The notes under the pieces: model-generated
Databases searched by the model: none
The model's input: the letters and a program-made list of their open reading frames with translations, nothing else
Told to the model about the DNA's origin: nothing
NCBI GenBank assembly: GCA_050949085.1
Contig: JBMNFB010000009.1
Span: forward strand, 130,379 to 194,378
Direction of reading: 5' to 3'
Source: Bacillota bacterium
Lineage (GTDB): Bacteria > Bacillota > UBA994 > UBA5500
Length of the DNA: 64,000 bases
Position numbers and translations under genes: made by a program
Shown: piece after piece, positions 18,918 through 32,256 of the stretch
Position numbering within the stretch: the stretch's first letter is position 1
How the letters are laid out: the number at the start of each line of letters is the position of its first letter

Positions 18918-20078
18918 TCACCAGCGCAAGCGTCTGATTCGCTCCACTGCCTCCCGCAGCCGGGCATCGTTGACAGTGAGGGAGAAGCGGATGTAGCCCT
19001 CTCCGTGCTCGCCAAAACCGATGCCAGGCACCACAACGACGCCGATCTCCCTGAGCATGTGCATAGCGAATTCCATGGACGTGTAACCTGCCGGCACCGG
19101 CGTCCAGACATAGAAGCTGGCGCGCGGCACATGAGGAGAGAGACGGCAGGCGCGCAGCCCTGCCACCAGAAGGTCGCGCCGCTCCTGATAGAGGGCAGCC
19201 TGCTGCCTGACGGGGTCATGTACGTGGCGCAAGGCATAGGCACCTGCCGCCTGGATGGCGCCGAACTGGCTGGAATCCACGTTCACCTTGATCCGGCGCA
19301 GGTTTTCCAGCAGGCGCCGCCCCCCTACCGCCATTCCCAGCCGCCAGCCCGTCATGTTGTAGGTCTTGGAGAGCGAGTTGAACTCAATGGCGACATCTTT
19401 CGCCCCTGGAATCTGCAGGACGCTGGGCGGTCGATAGCCGTCAAAAGCAACTTCACTGTAGGCCAGGTCATGGGCCAGGACCAGCTGGTGCCGCCGTGCA
19501 AAGGCCACTGCCTCCTCAAAGAAATCCAGGTCTACCGTAGCCCCGGTCGGGTTGTTTGGGTAGTTGAGGTAGAGCAGGGTCGCGCGTTGACAGACCTCAG
19601 CCGGCACCAGAGAGAAGTCAGGCAGGAAATCGTTTTCCGGCCGCAAGGGCAGTAAATAGGACTCAGCGCCGGCGAAGATGGCGCTGATCCGATAAACCGG
19701 GTAGCCGGGGTCTGGCACCAACACTACGTCGCCCGGTCCCGCCCAGCCCAGGGAGAGATGGGCGATTCCCTCCTTGGAACCGATCAGGGCCAGCACTTCC
19801 TCATCAGGATCCAGCTCTACCGCAAACCGCGCCTGATACCACTCAGCCACCGCCTGCCGAAAATCGCGGATCCCAGCATAGGGCGGGTACTGATGATGCT
19901 CCGCCTGGGCAGCCAGCCGTTGCAGCTGCTGTACGATCACATCTGGCGTCGGCTGATCTGGATCACCTACCCCGAGGCTGATGATGTCCCGCCCTTCCCG
20001 GATGGCAGCTTCCTGCAAGCGGTCAATCTCCGCAAAAATGTAAGCCGGCAGTTGATCGATTCTCGCCGGGTTTTTCAT
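18918..20078 (-). CDS. Class I/II pyridoxal-phosphate aminotransferase (LL-diaminopimelate aminotransferase-like)
   Basis: Start MKNPARIDQLPAYIFAEID after GGAGGAG. The LGVGDPDQPTP and SLSKTYNMTGWRLG (PLP-lysine) motifs resemble DapL / AlaT-type enzymes. Confidence 0.65.
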   Translation of the reverse strand: MKNPARIDQLPAYIFAEIDRLQEAAIREGRDIISLGVGDPDQPTPDVIVQQLQRLAAQAEHHQYPPYAGIRDFRQAVAEWYQARFAVELDPDEEVLALIGSKEGIAHLSLGWAGPGDVVLVPDPGYPVYRISAIFAGAESYLLPLRPENDFLPDFSLVPAEVCQRATLLYLNYPNNPTGATVDLDFFEEAVAFARRHQLVLAHDLAYSEVAFDGYRPPSVLQIPGAKDVAIEFNSLSKTYNMTGWRLGMAVGGRRLLENLRRIKVNVDSSQFGAIQAAGAYALRHVHDPVRQQAALYQERRDLLVAGLRACRLSPHVPRASFYVWTPVPAGYTSMEFAMHMLREIGVVVVPGIGFGEHGEGYIRFSLTVNDARLREAVERIRRLRW

Positions 20079-20152
20079 CTGGCACTCCTCCTCATGCAGG
20101 TACAATCGGCTTCACTATCTCTATTCAGCCGAGAGGAGGAGCATGCCTCGGC

Positions 20153-21400
20153 CTACTCGGTCGGCTCCTCAGCCAGCGCCTTAAGCGTGTTGAGCAGCAG
20201 CGTGGCGCCGCGGATGCAATCGGCATCGCGCGTCAACTCAGCCGGTGCATGACTGATGCCGCCGACACTGGGCACAAAGATCATGCCGGTCGGACAGATC
20301 CGGGCCAGATGCTGGGCGTCATGTCCTGCCCCACTGGGCATCTCGCGGAATGAATAACCGAGGGCGCCGGCGATCTCGCCGATGACCTGGCGCAGCGTTT
20401 CATCCAGTGGCGCCGGCTTGACATCCGCCGTCCGCTCCCAGTGCAGATCCAGCCCGCGACGCTGGGCGATAGCCTCCAGGGCGGGGAGGATCAACTCCGC
20501 CAACCGGTCCATTACGCCAGCCTCCAAGTCGCGGATCTCGAGACTGAAATCAACCCGCCCGGGGACGATATTGACGCCGCCGGGGGAGACGGTCAATTTG
20601 CCCACGGTGGCGACAGCCTGGGTGAAGCCGCTTTCCCTGGTCAAGCGTTCGACGCTCTGCACCATCTCGGCGGCTCCTACCAGCGCGTCGCGGCGCAGCT
20701 GCATCGGCGTGGTCCCTGCATGGTTGGCCTGTCCCAGCAGGCTGAGATCATAGCGGCGAATGCCCACGATGCCGGTGGGGATGCCGATCTGCTCGCCAGC
20801 GGTATCCAGCACACCACCCTGCTCGATATGCAGCTCGAGATAGGCCCGAATATCGCCGGGCTCCCTCTTCAACCGAGGGATCTCAGCGACGTCGAGACCG
20901 CGCTGTTCCAGTGCCTCGCGCAAAGAGACCCCTTCCTCGTCGGCCTCGTCCAGCTCACTCAGCGGTAACTCGCCAATAAAGGCTCGGCTACCGACCAGCC
21001 CGCCTTTGAAGCGGCTGCCCTCCTCTTCCGTCCAGACAACCAGCTCAACCGGGTGCTTGAGGCACGCCGCCGCTTCTTTCAGCCGGATCAGGCATTCCAG
21101 CGCGGACAGCACCCCCAGCGCTCCATCGTAACGACCGCCGTTAAGAACGGTGTCCAAGTGTGAACCCACGAGAATCGGCGTCTTGTCATTGGCATGCTCA
21201 GGATCAAACACAAAGAGGTTACCGGCCGCGTCGGTTCGGCCATGGAAACCATACCGCCCAGCCTGTCCGAGCAGCCACTCCCTGGCCCGCCAATCAGCGT
21301 CGGTTAGCGCAAAGCGGGTAACTCCGCCCTCCGCAGTGGCCCCGATCTGCGCCAGCTCACTCAATGTCCTGATCAGGCGATCAGCGTTAATCTCTAACAA
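20153..21400 (-). CDS. Zn-dependent M20 hydrolase, allantoate amidohydrolase / N-carbamoyl-L-amino-acid hydrolase family
   Basis: 415 aa with HLDTV, GALGVLSALE, VVWTEEEGSRF and a C-terminal dimerisation-domain pattern of the AmaB/AllC family. Confidence 0.75.
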   Translation of the reverse strand: MLEINADRLIRTLSELAQIGATAEGGVTRFALTDADWRAREWLLGQAGRYGFHGRTDAAGNLFVFDPEHANDKTPILVGSHLDTVLNGGRYDGALGVLSALECLIRLKEAAACLKHPVELVVWTEEEGSRFKGGLVGSRAFIGELPLSELDEADEEGVSLREALEQRGLDVAEIPRLKREPGDIRAYLELHIEQGGVLDTAGEQIGIPTGIVGIRRYDLSLLGQANHAGTTPMQLRRDALVGAAEMVQSVERLTRESGFTQAVATVGKLTVSPGGVNIVPGRVDFSLEIRDLEAGVMDRLAELILPALEAIAQRRGLDLHWERTADVKPAPLDETLRQVIGEIAGALGYSFREMPSGAGHDAQHLARICPTGMIFVPSVGGISHAPAELTRDADCIRGATLLLNTLKALAEEPTE

Positions 21401-21418
21401 TGCTATCCCTCCAACCCC

Positions 21419-21655
21419 CTAGTGTTTCTGCCTATGCGGGTGGTGATGATGGCTATGGCAGCCACAGGAACACCCATTCTGCTGATTCGGCTTGGCCAGG
21501 CGAGCCTCCAATTGCTGCCTGAATGACTCCCGAAAACGCGCCAGGTAGAGCTGTCTTAACTGGTGCTGCTCGGCCTTCTCCTCTTCCGTCAATCCTACGG
21601 AACGCTGCTTGCGCGAAAGCTGGCTGATCCGGTCCAGCTGCTCTTTAGGCAACAC
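21419..21655 (-). CDS. DUF896 (YnzC-like) protein with a C-terminal Cys/His-rich tail
   Basis: MLPKEQLDRISQLSRKQRSVGLTEEEKAEQHQLRQLYLARFRESF resembles B. subtilis YnzC. The tail NGCSCGCHSHHHHPHRQKH is not typical of the family. Confidence 0.7.
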   Translation of the reverse strand: MLPKEQLDRISQLSRKQRSVGLTEEEKAEQHQLRQLYLARFRESFRQQLEARLAKPNQQNGCSCGCHSHHHHPHRQKH

Positions 21656-21736
21656 TCGATCACTCCTTCTCTATGTAAGAGCTCATCTGGTTGGCTATAA
21701 CATAGCCCTGGCCTACCACAATAATGCACTTTATTG

Positions 21737-21880
21737 CTAAGGGCTGGTACTCATACCGTTCACTCGCCAGCCTGCCTGGTCGCTGCAAGCGACCAATGAC
21801 AGGGAGACCAGTAGGTAGGCCAGACCGAGGCTGATGATCCGCCGGCAGCACCTGCCTGATAGCATGGCTCTGCACTTCAT
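21737..21880 (-). CDS. Possible small lipoprotein (47 aa)
   Basis: MKCRAMLSGRCCRRIISLGLAYLLVSLSLVACSDQ... has a signal peptide plus lipobox LVAC, and GGGGTGAG lies upstream. Short and unsupported otherwise. Confidence 0.25.
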   Translation of the reverse strand: MKCRAMLSGRCCRRIISLGLAYLLVSLSLVACSDQAGWRVNGMSTSP

Positions 21881-22074
21881 GTTCTCACCCCACAGACTTG
21901 TTTGACCGCGCTCTTGCACACCATAGCTCATCCCTGTTTTCATTTTCTCCTCTCCGCGAGCTTGTCCTGCCCCTGAGGGGCAGCGCCACGGTATACAATG
22001 TGCATCACATGCAGAATTGTGCGATTAACTGGCGGTTACTAGCGCTGTTTGGCTGCGGTCCCTGGCTATACCGA

Positions 22075-22104
22075 TTGACATGGACGAAAGGATGTTTTTA
22101 TAGT
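22075..22104 (+). promoter_or_regulatory. Candidate sigma-A promoter for the PFOR gene
   Basis: TTGACA, an 18-nt spacer, then TATAGT, about 85 nt upstream of the start codon. Confidence 0.45.
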
Positions 22105-22111
22105 AGGGTGA

Positions 22112-25705
<3,594 letters not shown>

Positions 25706-25718
25706 GAGCCGACGATAA

Positions 25719-25752
25719 AAACACCGCAGCCAGCGCGCTGCGGTGTTTTTCT
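25719..25752. terminator. Bidirectional intrinsic terminator between nifJ and the S9 peptidase
   Basis: ACACCGCAG-CCAGCGCG-CTGCGGTGT followed by TTTTT. Confidence 0.8.
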
Positions 25753-25775
25753 ATTTGTTGTGGCCGGTAGCCAGA

Positions 25776-27749
25776 CTAGACGTAGCGGTTGAACCAGTCC
25801 AGAATGAAGTTCAGCCGATCGATGCGGTTACGTGGCTTGCCAGAGCGAGAGAGCTCGTGGTTCTCGCCGGCAAAGCGGACAAATTCCACCGTCTTGCCGA
25901 GGCGCTTCAGAGCAACATACCACTGCTCCGCCTGCTCCATCGGGCAACGGAAGTCCAGCTCGCTATGGATGATCAGGATCGGGGTCTTCACCTGGGGAGC
26001 ATAGCGGATCGGCGAGCGTGACATGATGAAGTCTTCCGAATCCCACAGATCGCGCCCGCCCATGCCGGCCTTGTTACCGTACCAGCCGATGTCGCTGCAG
26101 CCATACTTGGTGTACATGTTGCTGATACTGCGCAGCGTCACGGCTGCTTTGAAGCGATCGGTCTGGGTGACGATCCAGTTCGTCATGTAGCCGCCATAGC
26201 TGCCGCCGGTAACGCCCAGCCGCTCGGCGTCCACCCAGTCGAGCTGGATCGCGTAATCCACGGCGCTCATGCAATCGGCATAGTCCATGCCGCCCCAATC
26301 GCCAACGACGCCCTTGGTAAACTCTTCGCCGTAGCCCCTGCTACCGCGAGGATTCATGAAGAGTACGCCGTAACCGGCTGATGTCAGCATCTGAAACTCG
26401 TGGAAGAAGCCGTAACCATACGTGGAATGGGGGCCGCCGTGAATCTCCATGATCAGGGGATACTTCTTGCCTTCCTCGAAACCGACAGGTTTCATGATCC
26501 AGCCTTCCAGCGGTAGCCCATCGGTGCCCTGGAATTCAACTCGCTCGGGCACGGATAGCTGCCACTCAGCCAATATGTCGGCATTGACGGCAGTCAGCTG
26601 CTTGATGGCGCCAGGCTGCCAGAGATAGACATCGCCTGGATTTGTCACGTCGCCAGCGATATAGGCGATGCGATCCTCACCATCTACCGCTACATGGTGG
26701 AAGGCAGTGATGGCCAGATCGCCATGGGTAAGCTGCTCGATCTGCCTGGTCGCGACGTTTACCCGATAGAGGTGGCAAGTGCCGCCATCGGTGATGGACA
26801 CGATGAGATGCTGGCCATCCGCCGACCAGCAGGCCTTGGTGTTGCCACCGCCAAAGCGGGCATCGCTGCCGACGCTGCACCCGACAGAGCGGTCCATGGC
26901 CTCGGTCAGGTTGACGGCTTCTCCCCCCGCCAACGGCATTACCCAGAGGTCGGTATTGGCGTAGCCAATCTGTCCCTTAACATGCCCGAAGAAAGCGATC
27001 CACTGGCCATCTGGAGAGCAGACCGGATTGGTGGCTGTGCCCTCGCCGGCGGTAAGCCGCCGCAGGTTGTCGCCAGTGAGGTCAATCACATGGATGTCTG
27101 GAATCATTCGCAGCTCGCAGTCGGGCGAGATACAGGCCGAGAACAGCAGCTGCTGGCTATCGCTGGTCCAGTTGATGCCGGAAACGTCAAAGTCCCCTTT
27201 GGTTACCTGCCGCACGCTGCTATCGCTGGTATCCAGCACGTAGAGATGGCGGCGGCGGGTATCGGTGAAGCCCCTGCCGTTGAACTTGTAGCGCAGATGG
27301 GTGATATGGCGCACGTCGGGGTTCTTGTCCTTTTCAGCGGCTTCGTCCCGCGGATCGGTGCTGGTGAAGGCTATGTACCGGCCGTCCGGCGACCAGGTCG
27401 GTTCGCCGACACCCTCCGGCATCTTCGTCAGTTGCACTGCCTCGCCACCCAGATCGTCCAGCGCAAACAGCTGGGGCCGGCCGTTGCGGTTGGAGACAAA
27501 GAGCAGCTTCCGCCCATCTGGTGACCAGCGCGGGCTGGTTTCCCTGACCAGGCCGCCATCGCTGCGCTGCCCGTAGGTAAAGCGGCGCCTCTCCCCCTGT
27601 GGGGTCTCCACCCAGATGGCAGAGCTATAGCCGTTCTTCTCCAGATTGCTCTCGGTGATCACGTAGGCGATGCGCCCGTCAACCGAGAGGGCTGGATCAC
27701 TGACAAAACGCAAGGCAGTGATATCTCGAGCTACAACTTTTCGCTTCAT
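25776..27749 (-). CDS. S9 family peptidase (acylaminoacyl-peptidase / prolyl oligopeptidase-like with N-terminal beta-propeller)
   Basis: WSPDG propeller repeats. C-terminal alpha/beta hydrolase with GGSYGGYM (GxSxG) followed by Asp and His. Confidence 0.85.
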   Translation of the reverse strand: MKRKVVARDITALRFVSDPALSVDGRIAYVITESNLEKNGYSSAIWVETPQGERRRFTYGQRSDGGLVRETSPRWSPDGRKLLFVSNRNGRPQLFALDDLGGEAVQLTKMPEGVGEPTWSPDGRYIAFTSTDPRDEAAEKDKNPDVRHITHLRYKFNGRGFTDTRRRHLYVLDTSDSSVRQVTKGDFDVSGINWTSDSQQLLFSACISPDCELRMIPDIHVIDLTGDNLRRLTAGEGTATNPVCSPDGQWIAFFGHVKGQIGYANTDLWVMPLAGGEAVNLTEAMDRSVGCSVGSDARFGGGNTKACWSADGQHLIVSITDGGTCHLYRVNVATRQIEQLTHGDLAITAFHHVAVDGEDRIAYIAGDVTNPGDVYLWQPGAIKQLTAVNADILAEWQLSVPERVEFQGTDGLPLEGWIMKPVGFEEGKKYPLIMEIHGGPHSTYGYGFFHEFQMLTSAGYGVLFMNPRGSRGYGEEFTKGVVGDWGGMDYADCMSAVDYAIQLDWVDAERLGVTGGSYGGYMTNWIVTQTDRFKAAVTLRSISNMYTKYGCSDIGWYGNKAGMGGRDLWDSEDFIMSRSPIRYAPQVKTPILIIHSELDFRCPMEQAEQWYVALKRLGKTVEFVRFAGENHELSRSGKPRNRIDRLNFILDWFNRYV

Positions 27750-27983
27750 GACTCTTACCTCCTACTCAGAAAAACATGGTGCCAGGTTCCTCCCGGGTGT
27801 CCCAGGCAAGTCCTCTGAACTTGCGATCCAGATGCTGTTGTCAAACAGCGGATGGCACCCATTAGCAGTACCCTGCATCCCTATCTTGATTCACCATCGC
27901 CGGGCAATTACCTGCCCGGCTGCCACCAGGTCCCGCTGTAATATGCAGGGAGCCGCTGGTCACCCAGCGGCTCCGACTCGTGC

Positions 27984-28106
27984 CTAGTCCTCTTTGGCCC
28001 CAGAAAAGTTGCCGATGGCCTTGATCATAAAATAGAAGATTGCCGTAACCAGGAAGATGGCGGGGTAGGCAATACCAGCGATCCGCAGCGCTTCTTGAAA
28101 AGCCAT
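27984..28106 (-). CDS. 40-aa single-transmembrane peptide directly downstream of oadB (OadG-like?)
   Basis: Sequence MAFQEALRIAGIAYPAIFLVTAIFYFMIKAIGNFSGAKED. A GAGGTG ribosome-binding site overlaps the oadB stop. Below the 60-aa threshold of the ORF track. Confidence 0.5.
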   Translation of the reverse strand: MAFQEALRIAGIAYPAIFLVTAIFYFMIKAIGNFSGAKED

Positions 28107-28116
28107 GCCGTTCACC

Positions 28117-29217
28117 TCACTTCACCAGGGCGAGGATCAAGCCGCCGGCGATAATCGACCCGATCTGACCGGCCACGTTGGCGGCTGTAGCCGACATCAG
28201 CAGGTAGTTGCTGGGGTCCTCAGCGCGGCCAAGTTTGTGAATGACGCGGGCAGACATGGGGAAAGCCGAAATGCCTGCAGCACCCACCATCGGGTTGATC
28301 TTCTTCTTGAGGAAGATATTCAGCACCTTGGCGAAAATCACACCGCCAGCCGTATCAAAGACAAAAGCGACCAGACCCATACCGATAATCAGCAGCGTAT
28401 CCGCATTCAGGAATGCTTCAGCCGTCATCGTCGAGCCGATGGTGATCCCCAGCAGGAGGGTAACCAGGTTCCCCAGCTCGTTCTGCGCGCTCTGCGAGAG
28501 GCGATCCAGGACGCCGCACTCGCGAATCAGGTTGCCGAACATCAGGGCACCGATGAGCGCAACGCTGATGGGGGCAATGATCCCAACCACGATGGTAACC
28601 AGGATCGGGAAGAGGATCTTCGCCTTCTTGGAGACACTGTCAAAGCGGTAATCCATGCGGATCTTCCGTTCTTCAGAAGTGGTCAGTGCCCGGATGACGG
28701 GGGGCTGGATGATGGGCACCAGGGCCATGTATGAATAGGCGGCCACGGTAATCGGGCCAAGATATTCGCGAGCCAGCAGCGAGGCTACATAGATCGATGT
28801 AGGGCCGTCCACCGCACCGATAATGCCGATGGAGACTGACTGTTTGAGGGTAAACCCAGCCAGGGCGGCCACCGCCATCGTAAAGAAGATGCCGAACTGC
28901 GCCGCTGCCCCGAAAAACAGCAGTTTCGGATTCTGCAAAAGCGGGGTAAAGTCGATCATCGCACCGACAGCAATGAAGATGAGAATCGGGAACAGCTCCG
29001 TGGTGATACCGGCGTTAAAGAGGATGCTGAGGAAACCGGATTCACCGATGGCAGATGAGAATGGGATATTGGAGAGGATCGCTCCAAATCCGATCGGCAG
29101 TAGCAGGGCTGGCTCATAGTCTTTTTCGATGGCCAGGTAGATCAGCACGCCGCCGATCACAAACATTACCAGCTGCCCGGGGGTGATGTTCAGGATTCCG
29201 TTGAGTAATTCCTGCAA
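28117..29217 (-). CDS. oadB: Na+-translocating decarboxylase beta subunit (OadB/GcdB/MmdB family)
   Basis: 366-aa polytopic protein with full-length match to the OadB family, including its conserved Asp-containing region. Confidence 0.85.
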   Translation of the reverse strand: MQELLNGILNITPGQLVMFVIGGVLIYLAIEKDYEPALLLPIGFGAILSNIPFSSAIGESGFLSILFNAGITTELFPILIFIAVGAMIDFTPLLQNPKLLFFGAAAQFGIFFTMAVAALAGFTLKQSVSIGIIGAVDGPTSIYVASLLAREYLGPITVAAYSYMALVPIIQPPVIRALTTSEERKIRMDYRFDSVSKKAKILFPILVTIVVGIIAPISVALIGALMFGNLIRECGVLDRLSQSAQNELGNLVTLLLGITIGSTMTAEAFLNADTLLIIGMGLVAFVFDTAGGVIFAKVLNIFLKKKINPMVGAAGISAFPMSARVIHKLGRAEDPSNYLLMSATAANVAGQIGSIIAGGLILALVK

Positions 29218-29342
29218 GACACCCTTCCTCCTTCGATGAGATTGTCTGTTCGAGGCCAGGCATATCTTATGCGCCCAGCCTCAGATCCCATCACCTATTG
29301 TACCAGAGATCGGACTGGCTTCCATACAGAATAGTGACTATC

Positions 29343-30245
29343 TCATTTCAGGAGATCAAGCAATTGCGGCATAGCTGCCTCGGTTGCCTGCCGCCCCAGG
29401 CGGATTGCCTGGGGCAGATCCTGCAGATTCCCGAGGCCAATATGAGGCACTGGAGGGCTGATCACCAGATCGACCGCGTCCGCCAACTGGCGATCGGTCA
29501 GTTGGCTGCTGAGAATGTCAAACGACTGGGAGATGACATCGATCAGGTTACCGGCATGTTTTGGAGCCCGAGCGGCATAGCCCAGATCCACCCCAACCAC
29601 CACATCCGCCCCCAGGGCCCGGACGAGTTCCACCGGAACAGCGGCTTTGACTGCACCATCCACGAGGAGATATTCGCCGATTTGCAGCGGCACAAATACA
29701 CCGGGTATGGAGCTGCTGGCCCGCGCTGCCTTGACCAGGGTTGCGTCACACACCGCGGCGCTGCCCACCTCCGCCACGTTGGAGAAGATCACTTCCGCGC
29801 CGCTGTTCACATCAGCGGCCAGAATGGCCAGTGGCACCCGGACGTCAGCCACCAGACGCTCACCGAGCAGCATGCCTAATACCCGCTCCAGCGCCCTCCC
29901 GGACAGCAGCCCCAGCGGCAGCCGCAGCGTAGCGCTCCGCCGCGCACGCCAGCGGGCAATCGGCCCTGAGCCAGCAACCTGCCCTGATGGCAGTTCTGAA
30001 AGATCTGTGGGCCGCAGCCGGAGGATCGCCTGCTCCATGTCGTCTGCTGTATAACCCACGGCGTAGAGGGCTGCAACAACGGCACCGGCACTGCTGCCGG
30101 ACAGCGCTTCGGGTACGATTCCGTACTGCTGCAGCGCCTGCAGAACACCGATATGCGCGGCCCCCCGCAGCCCGCCACTGCCCAGGGCCAGGCCCAGCCG
30201 CTTCTGCCCAACTTGCACCCGCATCAGACCACCCCCCCTGGTCAA
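29343..30245 (-). CDS. Patatin-like phospholipase
   Basis: GSGGLRG oxyanion motif, GSSAG (GxSxG) and the DGA(V) Asp dyad motif. Confidence 0.85.
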   Translation of the reverse strand: MTRGGGLMRVQVGQKRLGLALGSGGLRGAAHIGVLQALQQYGIVPEALSGSSAGAVVAALYAVGYTADDMEQAILRLRPTDLSELPSGQVAGSGPIARWRARRSATLRLPLGLLSGRALERVLGMLLGERLVADVRVPLAILAADVNSGAEVIFSNVAEVGSAAVCDATLVKAARASSSIPGVFVPLQIGEYLLVDGAVKAAVPVELVRALGADVVVGVDLGYAARAPKHAGNLIDVISQSFDILSSQLTDRQLADAVDLVISPPVPHIGLGNLQDLPQAIRLGRQATEAAMPQLLDLLK

Positions 30246-30334
30246 TGTCTATGCTGAAAGTGCCGCCTACTGCAGTATCTGGTGTAAACCGGACGCCAAA
30301 CAGAGCATGCTAACAAAAAAGGAGGTATGTTGCC

Positions 30335-30691
30335 ATGTCAATGATGGAAATCCGCATCCAGGGGGAACGGGCTGAAGCCAGCTTCGACGGGTTGCTGGTC
30401 GCCACCGGCGATGACGACACCCCTTCCCCCTTTCAGCTGTTCCTCGCCTCCCTCGGCTGCTCCGGCTACTGTGAGAATCACGACCTGCCGACTGAGGGCT
30501 TGAGACTGCTGCTGGATGTTGAGCGCGACCCGCAGACGCGGCTGGCGACGCTGGTCAAGCTGCAGTTCGTCCTGCCCGAAGGGTTTCCCGCGAACCGGCG
30601 CAAGGCCCTGCTGCGGGCAGCGGAGGCCTGCCTCGTCAAGCGGCATTTTTCCAGTCCACCGCGGTTTGAGACGACGATTGTCGGCGAGTAA
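30335..30691 (+). CDS. OsmC/Ohr family protein
   Basis: SPFQLFLASLGCSGY and AAEACLVKR match the two conserved Cys regions of OsmC. Lies 11 nt upstream of splB. Confidence 0.6.
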   Translation: MSMMEIRIQGERAEASFDGLLVATGDDDTPSPFQLFLASLGCSGYCENHDLPTEGLRLLLDVERDPQTRLATLVKLQFVLPEGFPANRRKALLRAAEACLVKRHFSSPPRFETTIVGE

Positions 30692-30702
30692 GGAGCAAAC
30701 TC

Positions 30703-31728
30703 GTGTATCAATGGCGTCCCAAACGAGTGATCTTCGAGCAGCGCGCCCTGGAATATGAGCGCGGGCGCCGTCTATGGGTTCTGTTTTCCCAGCAGCCAGA
30801 CGTTGAGGTCAGGCAGACGTCCTCCCATAACCGGGTCACCGGCATTCCGGGCAAGACTGCCCGGGAGGCCTACGACGAAGCCAAACGAACCCTCGTGGTG
30901 GGAGTGCGCAAGAGTGATTCGTTCCAGACCTGTAGACCCTCGGCTCATTACCAGCTGCCGCTGGCCACCAGTTGCCCCGGCAAGTGCGAATACTGCTACC
31001 TGAACACGACACTGGGCAAGAAGCCCTATGTCCGCATCTATGTCAATCTGGAGGAGATCCTGCAGCGCGCCGGCAGGTACATTGAGGAGCGCCTGCCGGA
31101 GACAACCGTCTTCGAAGGAGCCGCCACCAGTGATCCACTGCCGGTGGAGGACTACAGCGATGCGCTGAAGACCGCCATTGAGTATTTCGCTGGGTACGAG
31201 CAGGCCCGCTTCCGTTTCGTGACCAAGTTCACCAATGTCGAATCCCTCCTGGGACTAAGACACAACGGCCACACCCGGATCCGCTTCAGCCTCAACACGG
31301 ATACAATCATCCGCCAGTATGAGGCAGGTACCCCTCACCTGGCGGAGAGAATCGCTGCTGCCCGGAAGGTGCAGCAGGCCGGTTATCCGTTGGGTTTTTT
31401 GATCGCGCCCATTTTCATCTATGATGGCTGGCAGAGCGACTATGCGCAGCTGCTGACGGCGCTGGCAGAACAACTGCCGCCGGAAACCGCGGACCTGACG
31501 TTTGAACTCATCGCCCATCGCTACACAAAGCGAGCCAAACAGAACATCCTGGAGCGCAATCCGGCCAGCACCCTGCCCCTGCGCGAGGCAGAGCGCCGCT
31601 TCAAGTACGGGCAATTCGGCTACGGGAAGTACCTCTACCCAGAAGATGTCTACACGGAGTTGCGCGAGTTCTTCACAGCCAGCATCAACGAGCACTTTCC
31701 GCGCGCCACCATCGCTTACCTGGTCTAG
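30703..31728 (+). CDS. splB: Spore photoproduct lyase (radical SAM)
   Basis: Collinear with B. subtilis SplB over the full length (TSHNRVTGIPGK, CPGKCEYCY CxxxCxxC cluster, YVNLEEIL, GYPLGFLIAPIFIYDGW, FELIAHRYTKRAK). Confidence 0.9.
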   Translation: MYQWRPKRVIFEQRALEYERGRRLWVLFSQQPDVEVRQTSSHNRVTGIPGKTAREAYDEAKRTLVVGVRKSDSFQTCRPSAHYQLPLATSCPGKCEYCYLNTTLGKKPYVRIYVNLEEILQRAGRYIEERLPETTVFEGAATSDPLPVEDYSDALKTAIEYFAGYEQARFRFVTKFTNVESLLGLRHNGHTRIRFSLNTDTIIRQYEAGTPHLAERIAAARKVQQAGYPLGFLIAPIFIYDGWQSDYAQLLTALAEQLPPETADLTFELIAHRYTKRAKQNILERNPASTLPLREAERRFKYGQFGYGKYLYPEDVYTELREFFTASINEHFPRATIAYLV

Positions 31729-31806
31729 TGCGCCGAGGAAGGATTTCGGCTGAAATGTCGAAGTATAGACAGGAATCAACAGAATGCTCATGAGGAGGCA
31801 AATGGA

Positions 31807-32256
31807 ATGGGAAAGATTGAGAAACGCCTGGAGGAACTGGGGATTATCCTGCCACCGGTGCCGATCCCGCTGGGCACCTACAAGCCGGTGAATCAGGTCG
31901 GCTCGCTGCTCTACACCTCCGGTCAGGGCTCGCTTTCGGTGATAGGCAGAGTAGGCGAAGATCTGACACAGGAGGAAGGTTACGAGGCGGCGCGTGAGGC
32001 GGCGTTGCGCTGCCTGGCCTGCATCCAGGAAGAGCTGGGGACCCTGGATCGGGTGGAAAAGGTCTGGAAGGTGCTGGGCTTTGTGAACAGCGCCCCCGAC
32101 TTCACCCAGCAGCCCAAGGTCATGAACGGTGCATCCGACCTGCTGGTGGAGATCTTCGGCGAAGCCGGCCGCCACGCCCGCTCAGCCATCGGCGCCAGTC
32201 AGTTGCCGGATGGCATCGCCGTGGAAGTTGAGATGATCGTTCAGATCAGGGACTGA
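31807..32256 (+). CDS. ridA: RidA family protein (YjgF/TdcF, reactive enamine deaminase)
   Basis: 149 aa with the conserved YjgF core (...NGASDLLVEIFGEAGRHARSAIGASQLP). Confidence 0.75.
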   Translation: MGKIEKRLEELGIILPPVPIPLGTYKPVNQVGSLLYTSGQGSLSVIGRVGEDLTQEEGYEAAREAALRCLACIQEELGTLDRVEKVWKVLGFVNSAPDFTQQPKVMNGASDLLVEIFGEAGRHARSAIGASQLPDGIAVEVEMIVQIRD

